Source of the DNA: Eledone cirrhosa
Taxonomy: Eukaryota
DNA length: 64,000 nt
Assembly: GCA_964016885.1 (NCBI GenBank)
Contig: OZ024740.1
Span: 149,420,001 to 149,484,000, forward strand
Direction: 5' to 3'
Shown: positions 62,880-64,000 of the stretch, one piece after another
Position numbering within the stretch: position 1 is the stretch's first letter
Layout of the letters: each line of letters starts with the position of its first letter
Position numbers and translations under genes: made by a program
The notes under the pieces: model-generated
What the model was told of the DNA's origin: nothing
Seen by the model: only the letters and a program-made list of their open reading frames with translations
The model's database searches: none

Positions 62880-63650
62880 TTCTTTGCATTCTAAGGATGG
62901 CTCAACTTAATTCCTTAAAAAACAGAGATTGTTGGTCACTAAATTTAGCACCTGAATTGTTAAACGATGAATCTGTCATAGATGATGCTCCATTGAACAA
63001 AGAACTGTCATCACCTCCTTGGACACTGTAAAGAAGGTAGCAAAGACAATAAGTAAATTAAATCTTGATAAGGCTCTTGGTAAAAATGGATGCACTTTGG
63101 TGGTAGCTTTATCACAGAGAATCTTCATAATATTTTAGAATAGATTGGAGAGATTGTACTGTTTCTAAGTCATGGAAATATAGTCATTATGCATCCTCTT
63201 TATAAAGGAGTAGGTGTTGGAATAAAGTACAGCAACCATAGAGGCATTGCTCTACTGAAAGCTGTTAGAAAATTTCTGGTAGGTATTCTTCCTAACCAGA
63301 TAAATAAATTCCTTGTAATTGATGTTTTTCTTGTATCTCAGTGTGATTACCATTCTGGCAAAGGAACAATTCATATGATTTTCACTGCAAGAGAAATGCT
63401 ACAAACATAATGTGGATCTTGTCCAGGCTTTCATTGATCTAACTGTTAATAGGACTTGTTTATGAAAAATACTCAGCAAGCTTCATTATTCAGATTTTTT
63501 TTATCAATTATTAAATCAAATCATTTCACAATATGGAAGCATAGGTTAATGTCAGTAGGAACAAAACAGCACCCATTATTTTAAAAGATTATGTCAAACA
63601 GGGTGACAATCATGCTCCATCTCACTATTCTTTCTATTTTGCTGTTATTT
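62880..63650 (+). mobile_element. Decayed RTE/BovB-like RT fragment
   Basis: LYKG.G....SNHRGIALL...SQCDY..GKGTIHMIFTAR. Confidence 0.65.
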
Positions 63651-64000
63651 TTTGTGCCAACTGCCCTTCTGAGATATATATGAGGTGTTAATTTAGTCAT
63701 CTCTTTATATTTTAATCTTAGTACAGCTGTTTTTCAATCACTTACTTGTGATCAGCTTTCTGTCACAAAGCTTCCAAATTCTGTCAATCAAAGATAGATG
63801 GAATCCATAGAAGAGGCAACTTTATCATGAATTAGGTCATGCACAATCTAAAACTATGCTGGTGTCAAGAATAATGTTCTCTACACTGGGTACACAGGAC
63901 TTAGTTCACTGGTGATATGCTATGATACAAAAGACTTGTCCACTAAAACAAGCAATATAACATTAAAGTAAACACGAAGAGAGACCAGTGACTATATGGA

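Noticed and set aside
62294-63031. 245-aa ORF
   Set aside because: No recognisable domain; it overlaps a minus-strand Tx1 remnant and runs into a decayed RTE, so it is probably a chance open frame.

Overview
AT-rich, microsatellite-dense eukaryotic DNA. The repeat landscape (tRNA-derived SINE family, RTE/CR1/Tx1 LINEs, long TA/GA/TG tracts) resembles a coleoid cephalopod such as Octopus; this taxon call is inference. One host gene is reconstructable on the minus strand: a three-coding-exon invertebrate claudin (PMP22/claudin superfamily, similar in motifs to Drosophila Megatrachea/Pickel and Kune-kune), join complement(58250..58505, 49124..49276, 28182..28402), 630 nt = 209 aa plus stop, with GT-AG phase-1 introns of about 9.0 and 20.7 kb. 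The middle exon is missing from the supplied ORF track. A possible promoter and first exon of a second minus-strand gene lies at the left edge. The rest is mostly decayed transposons. Most notable: a type I hammerhead ribozyme in a cluster of Penelope-like terminal-repeat fragments (5.4-6.2 kb), a SINE family whose target-site duplications all start ATTAT and which builds tandem arrays, a head-to-head Helitron-like pair forming a ~570-bp inverted repeat, a CR1>piggyBac>(RTE+SINE) nest, and inverted repeats bracketing the symmetric claudin exon 2. I found no clearly new multi-gene system.
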